Virus record (IMG/VR): IMGVR_UViG_3300046787_000804
Span: 1-57,432 of that record
Length of the DNA stretch: 57,432 nt
DNA from: a virus
Lineage: Duplodnaviria; Caudoviricetes
Direction: 5' to 3' (one strand)
The notes under the pieces: generated by a model
What the model was told of the DNA's origin: nothing
The model's input: only the letters and a program-made list of their open reading frames with translations
The model's database searches: none
Part shown: positions 9,479 through 19,375 of the stretch, piece by piece
How the letters are laid out: every line of letters begins with the position of its first letter
How positions within the stretch are numbered: the first letter of the stretch is position 1
Position numbers and translations under genes: made by a program

Positions 9479-9508
9479 ATGAACGCTTCATTTCCGAACA
9501 ACATCAAG
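9479..9508 (-). promoter_or_regulatory. Repeated promoter/operator motif, copy 2
   Basis: Same motif and identical spacing as 9187-9216; upstream of the DUF6900-like gene. Confidence 0.6.
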
Positions 9509-9540
9509 TCAATTTCTTAGCCAGACTCTTTCACTTGGGT

Positions 9541-10092
9541 ATGACCGATCGACTCTCAATTCGGGCCTATGCGCGCCACCGAGGGGTGTCCGATACGGCG
9601 GTACGCAAGGCCATCGAGGCCGGGCGGATCACCCCCAACGCTGACGGCACGATCAATGCGGCGCAGGCCGACGCTCAATGGAGCAAAAACACAGATGCCA
9701 CGCAGCAGCGGGGCAAACACAAGCCCGTCTCCAATGAGGCGATTGCGGGAATACGGGAAACGCTGGGTGAATCAGCGGGCGCGTTTGAACCCAAAGGCGG
9801 TGGCACCACCTTGCTGCAGGCCAAGACCGCCAATGAGGTGCTCAAGGCGCAGACCAACAGGGTGCGACTCGCCCGCCTCAAAGGCGAGTTGGTCAATCGT
9901 GACCAGGCCGTTGCACACGTTTTTAAGATGGCACGCGCCGAGCGCGATGCTTGGTTGAATTGGCCTGCGCGAGTAGCTGCGCAGATGGCCGCTGACCTCA
10001 ATGCCGATGGGCATACCTTGCATGTGCTGCTGGAAAAAGCCGTGCGCAATCACTTGATCGAACTGGGCGATTTGGCTGTTCGATTGGACTGA
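9541..10092 (+). CDS. Terminase small subunit (Nu1-like)
   Basis: N-terminal HTH (SIRAYARHRGVSDTAVRKAI), coiled coil, directly upstream of the large subunit. Confidence 0.8.
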   Translation: MTDRLSIRAYARHRGVSDTAVRKAIEAGRITPNADGTINAAQADAQWSKNTDATQQRGKHKPVSNEAIAGIRETLGESAGAFEPKGGGTTLLQAKTANEVLKAQTNRVRLARLKGELVNRDQAVAHVFKMARAERDAWLNWPARVAAQMAADLNADGHTLHVLLEKAVRNHLIELGDLAVRLD

Positions 10093-10131
10093 GCCCTGAT
10101 GGGGGCTTGAGGCTTTACGGAATGCAGGAAT

Positions 10132-12072
10132 GTGTTGGAACACTATGACGGACTTGATGCCATCGCTGAAGCGTGGCGCGAGGGGCTCACCCCCGACCCA
10201 CTGTTGACAGTGTCTGAATGGGCAGATCAGTACCGAGTGCTATCGGGAAAGTCGGCCTCGGAGCCGGGCAAGTGGCGAACCAATCGCACGCCTTATCTCA
10301 AGGAAATCATGGACTGTCTCTCGCCGACGTCACCCGTCGAGCGGGTGGTGTTCATGAAAGGCGCGCAGGTCGGCGGCACGGAGTGCGGCAACAACTGGAT
10401 TGGCTATGTCATCCATTTGGCCCCTGGTCCCATGATGGCTGTTGCGCCGACGGTCGAGATGGCCAAGCGAAACTCCAAACAGCGAATTGATCCACTCATC
10501 GAAGAGAGCCCGACGCTCTCTGGCTTGATCGCCCCCGCAAGGGCGCGCGATTCAGGCAACACCATCCTGGGCAAAGAGTTCCGTGGTGGCGTGCTGGTGA
10601 TGACGGGCGCAAACAGCGCCGTGGGTCTGCGCTCGATGCCGGTGCGCTATTTGTTTCTGGATGAGGTTGATGGCTACCCGGGTGACGTTGAAGGAGAAGG
10701 TGATGCGATTGCATTGGCTGAGGCTCGAACCCGAACCTTTGCACGCAGAAAAATTTTCATCGTCTCGACGCCAACAATTTCTGGATCGTCGCGAATTGAG
10801 CGCGAGTACGAGCAAACAGACCAGCGACAGTTCATGGTCCCGTGCCCGCACTGCGCCCACGAACAAGTCTTGGCTTTCGAACAATTGATCTGGGAAAAAG
10901 GACTGCCCGAGACGGCGCACTACAAGTGCGAATCGTGCGAGCAGCCCATTTACGAATACCAAAAGACCGAGATGCTCGAGCGGGGACGGTGGCAGTCATC
11001 GATTCCGGATTACGTTGGCAAAACAGTGGGGTTTCACCTGTCCAGTCTGTACAGCCCTGTGGGCTGGCGCAGTTGGGCTGACATCGCTGCAGCCTGGGAA
11101 GCGGCGCAAGGATCTGCAACTGCCTTGAAAGCATTCAAAAACACAGAGCTGGGCGAGACCTGGGTCGAGCAAGGCGAAACCCCCGAATGGGAGCGTTTGC
11201 TGGAGCGCCGTGAGGACTACCGAATCGGCACCGTCCCACTGGGGTCGGCTTTGCTGTGCGCCGGGGTGGACGTTCAAAAGGACCGCATCGAGGTTTCGGT
11301 TTGGGCATTCGGTCGGGGCAAAGAGGCGTGGCTGGTTGAGCACCGTGTGCTGGCCGGTGACACCTCCCGCGATACGGTCTGGCAGCGGCTTCGTGAAATG
11401 CTCGATGAGTCCTGGACGCATGCGTCTGGGGTGCAGTTACGTTTGAGTCGCATCGGCCTGGATACAGGATATGCCACCCAAGAGGCCTATGCCTTCGTGC
11501 GCAAGATGCGTGACTCTCGGCTGCTACCCATGAAGGGTGTGGCCCGTGGTGCTGCACTTGTCGGGTTGCCGACCGCTGTGGACATGACTGTGGGCGGCAA
11601 GAAGCTGCGCCGGGGAGTTCGTGTCTATTCAGTTGTGGGTGGCATTGCCAAGCTGGAGTTCTACAACCATCTGCGCAAAACCATGGAAGTGACCGAGGAC
11701 GGTGAGATCCTGTATCCCGCTGGGTATGTCCACTTACCCAAGGTCGATGTCGAATTTGTGCAGCAGTTGTGCTCAGAGCAGTTGGTTACGCGCCGGGATC
11801 GCAATGGTTATCCGGTGCGTGAGTGGCAAAAGATCCGCGAACGCAACGAGGCACTTGATTGCTACGTTTATGCACGGGCAGCAGCGAGCCTCGCTGGTCT
11901 TGACCGATACGAGGAACGTCATTGGCGCGAATTGGAAAAACCGCTAGGTGTTACAGGGCCACCTGAAGACGCCCAATCAACCAAGCAAGAAGCCACCCCC
12001 AGCGGTGGCTTTGTTGTTTCTAAAGGACCACAACGCGGCAGGCGCTTAATTCGCAGCCGGTGGATGAACTGA
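10132..12072 (+). CDS. Terminase large subunit, lambda gpA family
   Basis: RTPYLKEIMD, MKGAQVGGTE, LFLDEVD, STPT, CPHC...CESC and RNEALDC motifs. Confidence 0.95.
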   Translation: MLEHYDGLDAIAEAWREGLTPDPLLTVSEWADQYRVLSGKSASEPGKWRTNRTPYLKEIMDCLSPTSPVERVVFMKGAQVGGTECGNNWIGYVIHLAPGPMMAVAPTVEMAKRNSKQRIDPLIEESPTLSGLIAPARARDSGNTILGKEFRGGVLVMTGANSAVGLRSMPVRYLFLDEVDGYPGDVEGEGDAIALAEARTRTFARRKIFIVSTPTISGSSRIEREYEQTDQRQFMVPCPHCAHEQVLAFEQLIWEKGLPETAHYKCESCEQPIYEYQKTEMLERGRWQSSIPDYVGKTVGFHLSSLYSPVGWRSWADIAAAWEAAQGSATALKAFKNTELGETWVEQGETPEWERLLERREDYRIGTVPLGSALLCAGVDVQKDRIEVSVWAFGRGKEAWLVEHRVLAGDTSRDTVWQRLREMLDESWTHASGVQLRLSRIGLDTGYATQEAYAFVRKMRDSRLLPMKGVARGAALVGLPTAVDMTVGGKKLRRGVRVYSVVGGIAKLEFYNHLRKTMEVTEDGEILYPAGYVHLPKVDVEFVQQLCSEQLVTRRDRNGYPVREWQKIRERNEALDCYVYARAAASLAGLDRYEERHWRELEKPLGVTGPPEDAQSTKQEATPSGGFVVSKGPQRGRRLIRSRWMN

Positions 12073-12281
12073 TGACGACCTATACCCAAGAGCATGCACA
12101 AGCGCTGCGAGAAGCCATTGCCAGTGGTGAACATCGGGTGACGTACGACGGTAAAACGATCGAGTACCGAACTGTTTCCGATCTCAAACTGGCCTTGGCA
12201 GAGGTAGAAGCCGCGCTGGCATCCGACAGCGGAAAAACCAAGACGCGTCAAATCCGGGTCACCACAGCCAAAGGGTTCTGA
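12072..12281 (+). CDS. Head-tail joining protein gpW-like
   Basis: 69 aa between terminase and portal; ALREAIASG..RVTYDGKTIEYR. Confidence 0.8.
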   Translation: MTTYTQEHAQALREAIASGEHRVTYDGKTIEYRTVSDLKLALAEVEAALASDSGKTKTRQIRVTTAKGF

Positions 12282-12282
12282 C

Positions 12283-13785
12283 ATGGCCTTTTGGAAAAAA
12301 CTCACGGCCTATGTGGGCTGGAATTCCGTTCACGAGGCTGCTGGCTCAGGTCGCAGGTCTCGTGTTTGGAATCCTGGTGATCCGGGAGCTGTCTCGGCGA
12401 TGCTGGCCACGGGCAACCAACTGCGGGTCAAGTCTCGGGATCTGGTGCGCAGAAACGCCTGGGCGGCCAACGCGGTCGACAGCTTTGTCTCTAATGCCAT
12501 CGGCACGGGGATCAAACCGCAATCCTTGGTGGATGACCCCAAGTTCCGGGAGAAGGTTCATGCGCTGTGGTGGCAGTGGGTGGAGGAAGCAGATAGCAAC
12601 AACCTCACCGATTTCTACGGCCTGCAGTCACTTGCATGTCGGGCGATGGTCGAGGGTGGCGAATGCCTGATCCGCATCCGCAATCGACGGCAGGAAGATG
12701 GCCTGAGTGTGCCGATCCAGTTGCAGATTCTGGAGCCCGAGCACCTGCCTTTGAGCCTGAACACGATCAGTGCATCGGGCAACCCGATCCGTAGCGGCAT
12801 CGAGTTTGATGCCCTTGGGCGTCGGGTTGCCTACCACCTGTACCGCGAGCATCCGGGTGACCCGAGCTTGACGGTCAATGGCAACGATCTGGTGCCGGTC
12901 CCAGCTGAGGAGATCGTCCACCTGTTTCGCCCCCTGCGACCTGGACAGATTCGCGGCGAGCCATGGCTGTCGCGGGCCTTGGTCAAGCTCAATGAGCTCG
13001 ATCAGTACGACGACGCAGAGTTGGTTCGTAAAAAGACGGCGGCCATGTTCGCGGGATTCATCACGCGTCAATCACCCGAAGACCAACTGCTGGGCGAAGG
13101 TGAAGCGGATGAAATGGGCGTGGCCATGACGGGTTTGGAGCCGGGCACCTTGCAAGTTCTGGAGCCTGGTGAGGACGTGAAGTTCTCCGATCCTGCGGAT
13201 GTAGGTGGCTCGTATGCGGAATTCCTGCGGGTGCAGTTTCGCGCAGTCGCTGTGGCCATGGGCATCACCTACGAGCAGTTGACCGGTGATCTGTCGGGCG
13301 TGAATTACTCGTCGATCCGTGCCGGTCTCCTGGAGTTCCGTCGCCGATGTGAAGCCATCCAGCATGGCGTGATCGTGCATCAGATGTGCCGCCCGATCTG
13401 GCGTGCATGGATGGATGCCGCAGTGCTCAGTGGCGCACTGACAGCGACAGGTTATGCCAAGAGCCGTCAGTCCGCCAGAGCGTGGCAGGCGGTGAAGTGG
13501 ATCCCGCAAGGCTGGCAGTGGGTGGATCCCGAGAAGGAGTTCAAAGCCCTGCAGCTGGCCATTCGCTCCGGCTTGATGAGCCGCTCTGAGGCCATCTCGT
13601 CCTTTGGCTACGACGCGGAAACGATCGACAAAGAGATTGCGGCAGATAACGCCAGGGCAGATGCATTGGGGCTCGTTCTTGATACGGACCCAAGGCAAGT
13701 GGCCCGCAATGGTGCAACCAACTCGGCTGCTCCCTCGCTCCCTCCTGACTCACCAAGCGCGTCCTTGGTGGATCAGCAAACCTGA
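12283..13785 (+). CDS. Portal protein, lambda family
   Basis: RPGQIRGEPW, GITYEQLTGDLSGVNYSSIRAG and WVDPEKE motifs. Confidence 0.95.
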   Translation: MAFWKKLTAYVGWNSVHEAAGSGRRSRVWNPGDPGAVSAMLATGNQLRVKSRDLVRRNAWAANAVDSFVSNAIGTGIKPQSLVDDPKFREKVHALWWQWVEEADSNNLTDFYGLQSLACRAMVEGGECLIRIRNRRQEDGLSVPIQLQILEPEHLPLSLNTISASGNPIRSGIEFDALGRRVAYHLYREHPGDPSLTVNGNDLVPVPAEEIVHLFRPLRPGQIRGEPWLSRALVKLNELDQYDDAELVRKKTAAMFAGFITRQSPEDQLLGEGEADEMGVAMTGLEPGTLQVLEPGEDVKFSDPADVGGSYAEFLRVQFRAVAVAMGITYEQLTGDLSGVNYSSIRAGLLEFRRRCEAIQHGVIVHQMCRPIWRAWMDAAVLSGALTATGYAKSRQSARAWQAVKWIPQGWQWVDPEKEFKALQLAIRSGLMSRSEAISSFGYDAETIDKEIAADNARADALGLVLDTDPRQVARNGATNSAAPSLPPDSPSASLVDQQT

Positions 13786-13798
13786 AACCAGAGGACTT

Positions 13799-15193
13799 AT
13801 GAACCACATCTCGTCGATGCCACATTTGGCATCGCGAATCTTTGGCACGCCCCTGCTGATTCACCCCAGAAAACTGGATGTGATTCTCTCGGTGCTTGGC
13901 CCCCGTTTGGGATTGGCCATGTCAGACGATTCGCAACAACTCATCAAGCACTTGGCTGCGCAGGCCCCGCCTGCCGCATCCACATCGCTGTCATCGAACA
14001 TTGCTGTCATTAGCGTGTCCGGCACCTTAGTGCGGCGAGCGGCAGCGGTCGATGCGGCTTCGGGTCTGACCAGTTACGCGGCCATCAGCGCGCAGCTTGC
14101 GCAGGCCGTGCGTGACCCAGCAGTCAATGCGATCTTGCTGGACATCGATTCACCAGGCGGTGAGGCGGGGGGTGCGTTTGATCTGGCCGACCAGATCGTG
14201 GCGGCTCGGCAGATCAAACCCATCTGGGCCGTTGCCAACGACGACGCGTTCTCTGCAGCGTATGCCATCGCCAGCGCAGCCACCCGGGTCTATGTCACCC
14301 GAACCGGTGGTGTGGGCTCTGTTGGCGTGATCGCACTGCATGTGGATCAGTCCCAGCGGGACGCCATGAGCGGGCTTCGCTACACGGCGGTGTATGCCGG
14401 GGACCGCAAGAACGACATGTCGCCCCATGCGCCTTTGTCCACCGATGCGGCGCAAGCCCTGCAGGCCGAAGTGGACCGGCTGTATGGCCTGTTCGTGTCG
14501 ACGGTCGCAGTCAACCGAAACCTCTCAGCGCAAGACGTTCAAGACACCGAAGCCGGGCTGTATTTCGCACAAGACGCGATTGATGCCGGTCTGGCCGATG
14601 TGGTCGGGACGCTTGACGACGCACTGATCGCTCTGAGTGAAGAGCTCCAAATGAAAACGACATCCATCGCGCGAATTCAAGGTTCGGGCCGCGAGATGGG
14701 GATCTCCACGCCCGGGCCGTCCATGAAAAGGAGCGTTTGCATGCAAAACGATGCAACCCAAACTGCCGATGGGCAGACCAACCAAGAAGAGCAACACCAA
14801 CCAGCCGACCAGACAGGTACTGGGCCTGCACAAGATGGCGATGCCGCGCAAAGCACGGGAGATCAACCCGGCGCCCAGGTGCAAGCCAGTGCCGCAGCTC
14901 AAGGCCACGACATCAAGGCGGCCAGTGCACAGGTGCTGGCCATTGCCGAGATGTGTCTTCTGGCGGGCAAGTCCGAGATGACGGCGGGCCTGATCGAGCG
15001 TGGTGTCTCAGTTGACCAAGCACGCAAGGAGCTGTTGGCGGCCAAGGCCTCTGGCTCTCCCGAAATCTCCAGCCGCATCTTGCCCGAGGCAGGAACCCAA
15101 ACCCAAGCCAAGCCCGAAGACAGCCCCGTCGTTCGTGCCGCGCAGCAGCGCGCTCAAAGGCAGCGTGACGCAGCGCAAGTCACCCACCGTTAA
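13799..15193 (+). CDS. S49 family capsid maturation protease (gpC-like) with C-terminal scaffold region
   Basis: LDIDSPGGEA, AFSAAYAIAS, GSVGV motifs; GAGGA RBS before ATG 13799. Confidence 0.9.
   Translation: MNHISSMPHLASRIFGTPLLIHPRKLDVILSVLGPRLGLAMSDDSQQLIKHLAAQAPPAASTSLSSNIAVISVSGTLVRRAAAVDAASGLTSYAAISAQLAQAVRDPAVNAILLDIDSPGGEAGGAFDLADQIVAARQIKPIWAVANDDAFSAAYAIASAATRVYVTRTGGVGSVGVIALHVDQSQRDAMSGLRYTAVYAGDRKNDMSPHAPLSTDAAQALQAEVDRLYGLFVSTVAVNRNLSAQDVQDTEAGLYFAQDAIDAGLADVVGTLDDALIALSEELQMKTTSIARIQGSGREMGISTPGPSMKRSVCMQNDATQTADGQTNQEEQHQPADQTGTGPAQDGDAAQSTGDQPGAQVQASAAAQGHDIKAASAQVLAIAEMCLLAGKSEMTAGLIERGVSVDQARKELLAAKASGSPEISSRILPEAGTQTQAKPEDSPVVRAAQQRAQRQRDAAQVTHR
14741..15193 (+). CDS. 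Probable in-frame internal scaffolding protein (Nu3-like)
   Basis: AAGGAG RBS 7 nt before an in-frame ATG at 14741 (MQNDATQ...), as for lambda C/Nu3. Confidence 0.55.
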   Translation: MQNDATQTADGQTNQEEQHQPADQTGTGPAQDGDAAQSTGDQPGAQVQASAAAQGHDIKAASAQVLAIAEMCLLAGKSEMTAGLIERGVSVDQARKELLAAKASGSPEISSRILPEAGTQTQAKPEDSPVVRAAQQRAQRQRDAAQVTHR

Positions 15194-15205
15194 TAGGAGA
15201 ACCTG

Positions 15206-15583
15206 ATGACTGCCATTACCAATGACCTCACCTTGGGCGACCTGCTCAAGTACGAAGAGGAAAACCTGTATTCCCGTGACCAGGTCACGGTGCTTTCTGG
15301 ACAAAACCTCAAGCTCGGTGCCGTGATTGGCCGAGTCAGTGCGACCCAAAAGGTCAAAGCACTCGACCCTTCTGCAACCGACGGTTCCGAGGTTGCCGCT
15401 GGCGTGGTGCTGCAAAGCATCGATGCCAGTGCCGCAGAAAAAACCAACGGCCTGATCGTTTCGCGTCAAGCCATCGTGGCCGATCACGCGCTGATCTGGC
15501 CTGCAGCCATCACCACGGAAGAAAAAACCGCAGCCATCGCTCAGCTCGAAGCGATCGGCGTCCTCGTTCGCCAAGGAGTCTAA
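15206..15583 (+). CDS. Head decoration protein (gpD-like)
   Basis: YSRDQVT..GQNLKLGAVIG...DGSEVAAGVV; lies between protease and capsid. Confidence 0.85.
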   Translation: MTAITNDLTLGDLLKYEEENLYSRDQVTVLSGQNLKLGAVIGRVSATQKVKALDPSATDGSEVAAGVVLQSIDASAAEKTNGLIVSRQAIVADHALIWPAAITTEEKTAAIAQLEAIGVLVRQGV

Positions 15584-15586
15584 GCA

Positions 15587-16591
15587 ATGAACAATCCTTT
15601 CCAGTCCCCTGCGTTTTCGATGACGGCGCTCACCGCTGCCATCAACATCCTGCCCAACCAGTTCGGCAAGCTCGATCAGATCAACCTGATGCCTGCTCGT
15701 CCTGTGCGCTTTCGCCAAATTGCGGTGGAAGAGCGCAATGGCGTTCTGAACCTGCTGCCTACGCTGCCTGTCGGTGCCCCTGGCACGGTGGGCAAGCGTG
15801 GTCGCCGCACGCTGCGCTCGTTCATCATCCCGCACATTCCGCACGACGATGTGGTGCTGCCCGAAGAAGTGCAAGGCCTGCGTGCCTTTGGTTCTGAAAC
15901 CGACACCGAAACCATCGCGAACGTGATGGCCGAGCATCTGCAGTCGATGCGCAACAAGCACGCCATCACGCTGGAGCATTTGCGCATGGGCGCACTCAAA
16001 GGCGTGATCCTGGATGCAGACGGTTCGGTTCTCTACAACCTCTTCGATGAGTTCGGAATTGAGCCCAAGGAGTTCAACTTCGCGCTCAACAACGAGAAAA
16101 CCGATGTCAAGAAGAAGTGCCTGGATCTCAAGCGCTACCTTGAGCTCAACCTAAAGGGAGAGTACATGACTGGCGTTCGCGTGCTGGTCTCTCCGGAGTT
16201 CTTTGATCTGCTGACGGCTCACCCCAATGTGGTCAAGGCATATCAGTGGTACCAGGAGAGTCTGGCGCTGCGTGCAGACCAACGCACGGGCTTCACCTTT
16301 GCAGGTGTCACTTTCGAGGAGTATCTGGGCCAAGCGTCCGATGTGGACGGCAATGTGCGCAAGTTCATTGCCTCTGGCGAAGGTCATGCATTCCCCGAGG
16401 GCACAGTGGATACCTTTGCCACGTATTTCGCGCCAGCTGACTTCAATGAAACGGTCAATACGCTGGGCCAGCCCCTGTACGCCAAGCAAGAGCCTCGTGA
16501 GTTTGGTCGCGGCACGGATCTGCACACGCAGAGCAATCCGCTGCCGATGTGCCACCGTCCGGGGCTCCTGGTCAAGCTCCTGGCCAGCTGA
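15587..16591 (+). CDS. Major capsid protein, gpE family
   Basis: LTAAINILP, TLEHLRMGALKG, QSNPLPMCHRP motifs. Confidence 0.9.
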   Translation: MNNPFQSPAFSMTALTAAINILPNQFGKLDQINLMPARPVRFRQIAVEERNGVLNLLPTLPVGAPGTVGKRGRRTLRSFIIPHIPHDDVVLPEEVQGLRAFGSETDTETIANVMAEHLQSMRNKHAITLEHLRMGALKGVILDADGSVLYNLFDEFGIEPKEFNFALNNEKTDVKKKCLDLKRYLELNLKGEYMTGVRVLVSPEFFDLLTAHPNVVKAYQWYQESLALRADQRTGFTFAGVTFEEYLGQASDVDGNVRKFIASGEGHAFPEGTVDTFATYFAPADFNETVNTLGQPLYAKQEPREFGRGTDLHTQSNPLPMCHRPGLLVKLLAS

Positions 16592-16926
16592 TGCCGCGCG
16601 ATCCGTTTGCACTGGGTGTCAAACGGCTGTTCGCAAGTTTGGGCTCCCCGGCGCAGTACAGCACTGTGGCCGGGGAGACCATCGAACTCAAAGTCATCAG
16701 CAAGGCACCGGATTCGGTGCAGGAATTCGGCCAGTCACACCTGGCGGTGACCTCGTACCGGTTTGACTTGCAAGCAGCCGATGTTGCCCGTCCTCAAGAG
16801 GGCGATCGCCTGACGTGGCGCGGTGGCATCTATGTCATTCAAGGCGATGCGCTGGTCGACCGTGATCACTTTATCTGGACGGTGAGCGCCTACCCCTTGC
16901 CTGACTATCCAGCGATGGCGAGGTGA
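16591..16926 (+). CDS. Head-tail joining protein (FII-like)
   Basis: Position after capsid; P.EGD.L motif; TGATG coupling. Confidence 0.65.
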   Translation: MPRDPFALGVKRLFASLGSPAQYSTVAGETIELKVISKAPDSVQEFGQSHLAVTSYRFDLQAADVARPQEGDRLTWRGGIYVIQGDALVDRDHFIWTVSAYPLPDYPAMAR

Positions 16927-17588
16927 GCATGAGCGTGCGACTTCTGGCTGCCCTGCAGGGCGATCTCTCCAAAATGATGGCGCAGGAGTTGAACTCGGCG
17001 CGGGTGGCGGTAACCACTGGCGTGCGCGAGGCGACGCAAGGGCTCAAGAGTGAATTGCGCTCGCAAATCGAAGGCTCTGGTCTGGGCTCGCGTCTTGCCA
17101 ATACCTGGCGTGGGGAGGTGTATCCGAAAGGACGCCCCAGCTTGGGTTCGGCGGGGCTTGTTTACAGCCGAGCGCCTGTTGTCGTTGCGGCACACGACCA
17201 AGGCGCGTTGATCCGTTCGAAGAACGGGTTTTGGCTCGCTATCCCGCTCCCTGCAGCAGGCACTGGGCCACGCGGCAAACGCATGACTCCGGGTCTGTGG
17301 GAGCGCATGCGTGGTCAACGACTTCGCTTTGTGTATCGCTCGGGCAAGCCGTCGCTGTTGGTGGCGGACAACCTCCGGGCGAAAGCAGGTAAGCGCGGAG
17401 GCTTCGCGGCTGCATCGGCATCCGCTCAGAAATCAGGACGGGGGCTGACCACAGTCCCCATTTTTTTTCTGGTACCGCAAGCCCAACTCAAGAAGAAATT
17501 CGACATCGCCAGTGCAGCCCAGCGCTGGCAAGACAGGCTGATGGTCTTGGTCACGCAGTCGTGGCCAGAAGAAAGCGCGGACACATGA
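16923..17588 (+). CDS. DUF6441-like neck/tail completion protein
   Basis: Basic protein with GLGSRLANTWR and WLAIP motifs; synteny. Confidence 0.65.
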   Translation: MSMSVRLLAALQGDLSKMMAQELNSARVAVTTGVREATQGLKSELRSQIEGSGLGSRLANTWRGEVYPKGRPSLGSAGLVYSRAPVVVAAHDQGALIRSKNGFWLAIPLPAAGTGPRGKRMTPGLWERMRGQRLRFVYRSGKPSLLVADNLRAKAGKRGGFAAASASAQKSGRGLTTVPIFFLVPQAQLKKKFDIASAAQRWQDRLMVLVTQSWPEESADT

Positions 17589-17589
17589 A

Positions 17590-18036
17590 ATGACGATCAA
17601 AACCAGCCAACGAGAAGCGGCGCTGGGGGCTTTGTTCACGCTGTTGGACGGCCTTCCTCTGCAGCCTAGTGCCATACGCAGAAATTCATCTTTGCCTGAG
17701 CGTCTCAGCGAGCACGCCATGGTGTTCCTGCGAGATGGAGACATGACTCAGGTCGATGTCACCTTGTCGCCTGTGACCTATTTGTGGGAGCACGCGGCAA
17801 GCATCGAAATCTATGTTGCACACCCCGAGGCATCTGCCAGAGATGCGCGCATGGATGAATTGCTTCAGGCGCTGGGCACCCTAGTCTTGACCGATCCTAC
17901 CTTGTCTGGACAGATCGATCACACCGAAGTGATGCCACCCAAATTTGAAGACGTCACACCTGAAGGGTCTGTGGGCATCAAGGCCTGCACGCTTGACGTG
18001 GTGATGCATTACGCGAGCAGCCATCCCTTGGCCTGA
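17590..18036 (+). CDS. Tail terminator-like protein
   Basis: Position before the tail tube; D.TL.G motif. Confidence 0.6.
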   Translation: MTIKTSQREAALGALFTLLDGLPLQPSAIRRNSSLPERLSEHAMVFLRDGDMTQVDVTLSPVTYLWEHAASIEIYVAHPEASARDARMDELLQALGTLVLTDPTLSGQIDHTEVMPPKFEDVTPEGSVGIKACTLDVVMHYASSHPLA

Positions 18037-18070
18037 TCGCCCACAAACCTTAACTACTTGGAGATTCACC

Positions 18071-19009
18071 ATGGCTCGTGCATATGGCGCGAACGCCAGC
18101 CTATTGGCTGCGTTTGAACCCACCTACGGAACCACACCGACTGGAGACTTTGGAAAGATTCCCTTTGTCTCCACCACCTTGGGCTCAGAACAGGGCTTGA
18201 TTGCCAACGATCTGATTGGCCTGGGACGAGACCCGAGTGCGCCCATCCGTGACGTAATCAAAGTAGAGGGTGACATCGTCATTCCCATCGACCTGCGCAA
18301 CATCGGTATGTGGCTTAAAGCTCTCCTGGGCAGTCCAGTGAGCCTTGGAGACACTGCGCACACCCACACCTTCGTTTCTGGCAACTCAGGTCTGCCGAGC
18401 TTGTCACTGGAGACGGGACTGCCGGACATCCCAGCGTACTTTTTGGCCTCTGGTGTGATGGCCAACTCGCTGCAGGTGAAGTTCGCCCGATCTGGCGCAG
18501 CGGATGCCACCTTGGGCCTCATTGCCCAAGGGGAGGTCAAGCGCACCGCCAGCGCAGACGTGACGCCCACCACTTTGCCGATCACCCGCTTCAATCAGTT
18601 CCAGGGTTCGATCAAGAAGAACGGTCAGGCCCTGGGTAACGTGGTCGCAGCGCAGTTGACCTATTCGAATAACCTGGCGCGTATTGAAACGATTCGCTCT
18701 GACGGAAAGATCGAAGGGGCCGATCCCACGGTGGCCAGCTTGACGGGCAACTTGGAAGTGCGCTTTGCGGACACGGAATTGATCGACGCCGCGACCAACA
18801 ACACCCCGCTGGAGTTGACCTTCAGCTATGTCATTGACGCCACCAAGAGTCTGACCTTCATTGCGCATGAGGTCTACCTGCCGAAGCCCAAGCTCTCGAT
18901 CTCTGGCCCCGGTGGCATTCAGGCCACCTTTGACTGGCAGGCTGCCAAGAACACCGCAGCCGGTCACATGCTGACTGTGCAACTCGTCAATGACGTGGTT
19001 GCGTACTGA
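18071..19009 (+). CDS. Major tail tube protein
   Basis: MARAYGAN...YSNNL...ISGPGGIQATFDWQAA typical of phage tube_2 family. Confidence 0.85.
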   Translation: MARAYGANASLLAAFEPTYGTTPTGDFGKIPFVSTTLGSEQGLIANDLIGLGRDPSAPIRDVIKVEGDIVIPIDLRNIGMWLKALLGSPVSLGDTAHTHTFVSGNSGLPSLSLETGLPDIPAYFLASGVMANSLQVKFARSGAADATLGLIAQGEVKRTASADVTPTTLPITRFNQFQGSIKKNGQALGNVVAAQLTYSNNLARIETIRSDGKIEGADPTVASLTGNLEVRFADTELIDAATNNTPLELTFSYVIDATKSLTFIAHEVYLPKPKLSISGPGGIQATFDWQAAKNTAAGHMLTVQLVNDVVAY

Positions 19010-19024
19010 AACTAAGAGGCAAAC

Positions 19025-19375
19025 ATGCTCAAACTCAATCTGAAACGTGAGCCGTATTGGCTCGACCTGGTCCAAGGCGTGCGCATCAAAGTCAAGCCTG
19101 CGACCACCGCACTGGTCATGGCAGCTCGCCATGCGGCAGCCCTGATCGATGGCAAAGACCACGCGGCAGCCGGTGCGCGAACCGCCACCCTGATTACCGA
19201 GTTGGCCAAGGCTGCCATCTTGGCCTGGGAGGGCGTGGGTGATGACAAAGGCAAAGCCGCAGCCGTCACGCCTGACGGGATTGCTGCGCTCATGGAACTG
19301 TGGCCAGTGGCTGATGCCTTCGAGCGTGAATACCTGGCGGCACTCTATCTCTTGGATGCTGAAAAAAACGGCTGA
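19025..19375 (+). CDS. Tail assembly chaperone (gpG-like)
   Basis: Between tube and tape measure; ends in slippery A-AAA-AAC just before the stop. Confidence 0.8.
   Translation: MLKLNLKREPYWLDLVQGVRIKVKPATTALVMAARHAAALIDGKDHAAAGARTATLITELAKAAILAWEGVGDDKGKAAAVTPDGIAALMELWPVADAFEREYLAALYLLDAEKNG

Noticed and set aside
13604-13798. Upstream extension of the S49 ORF
   Set aside because: It overlaps the portal gene; the RBS supports ATG 13799.
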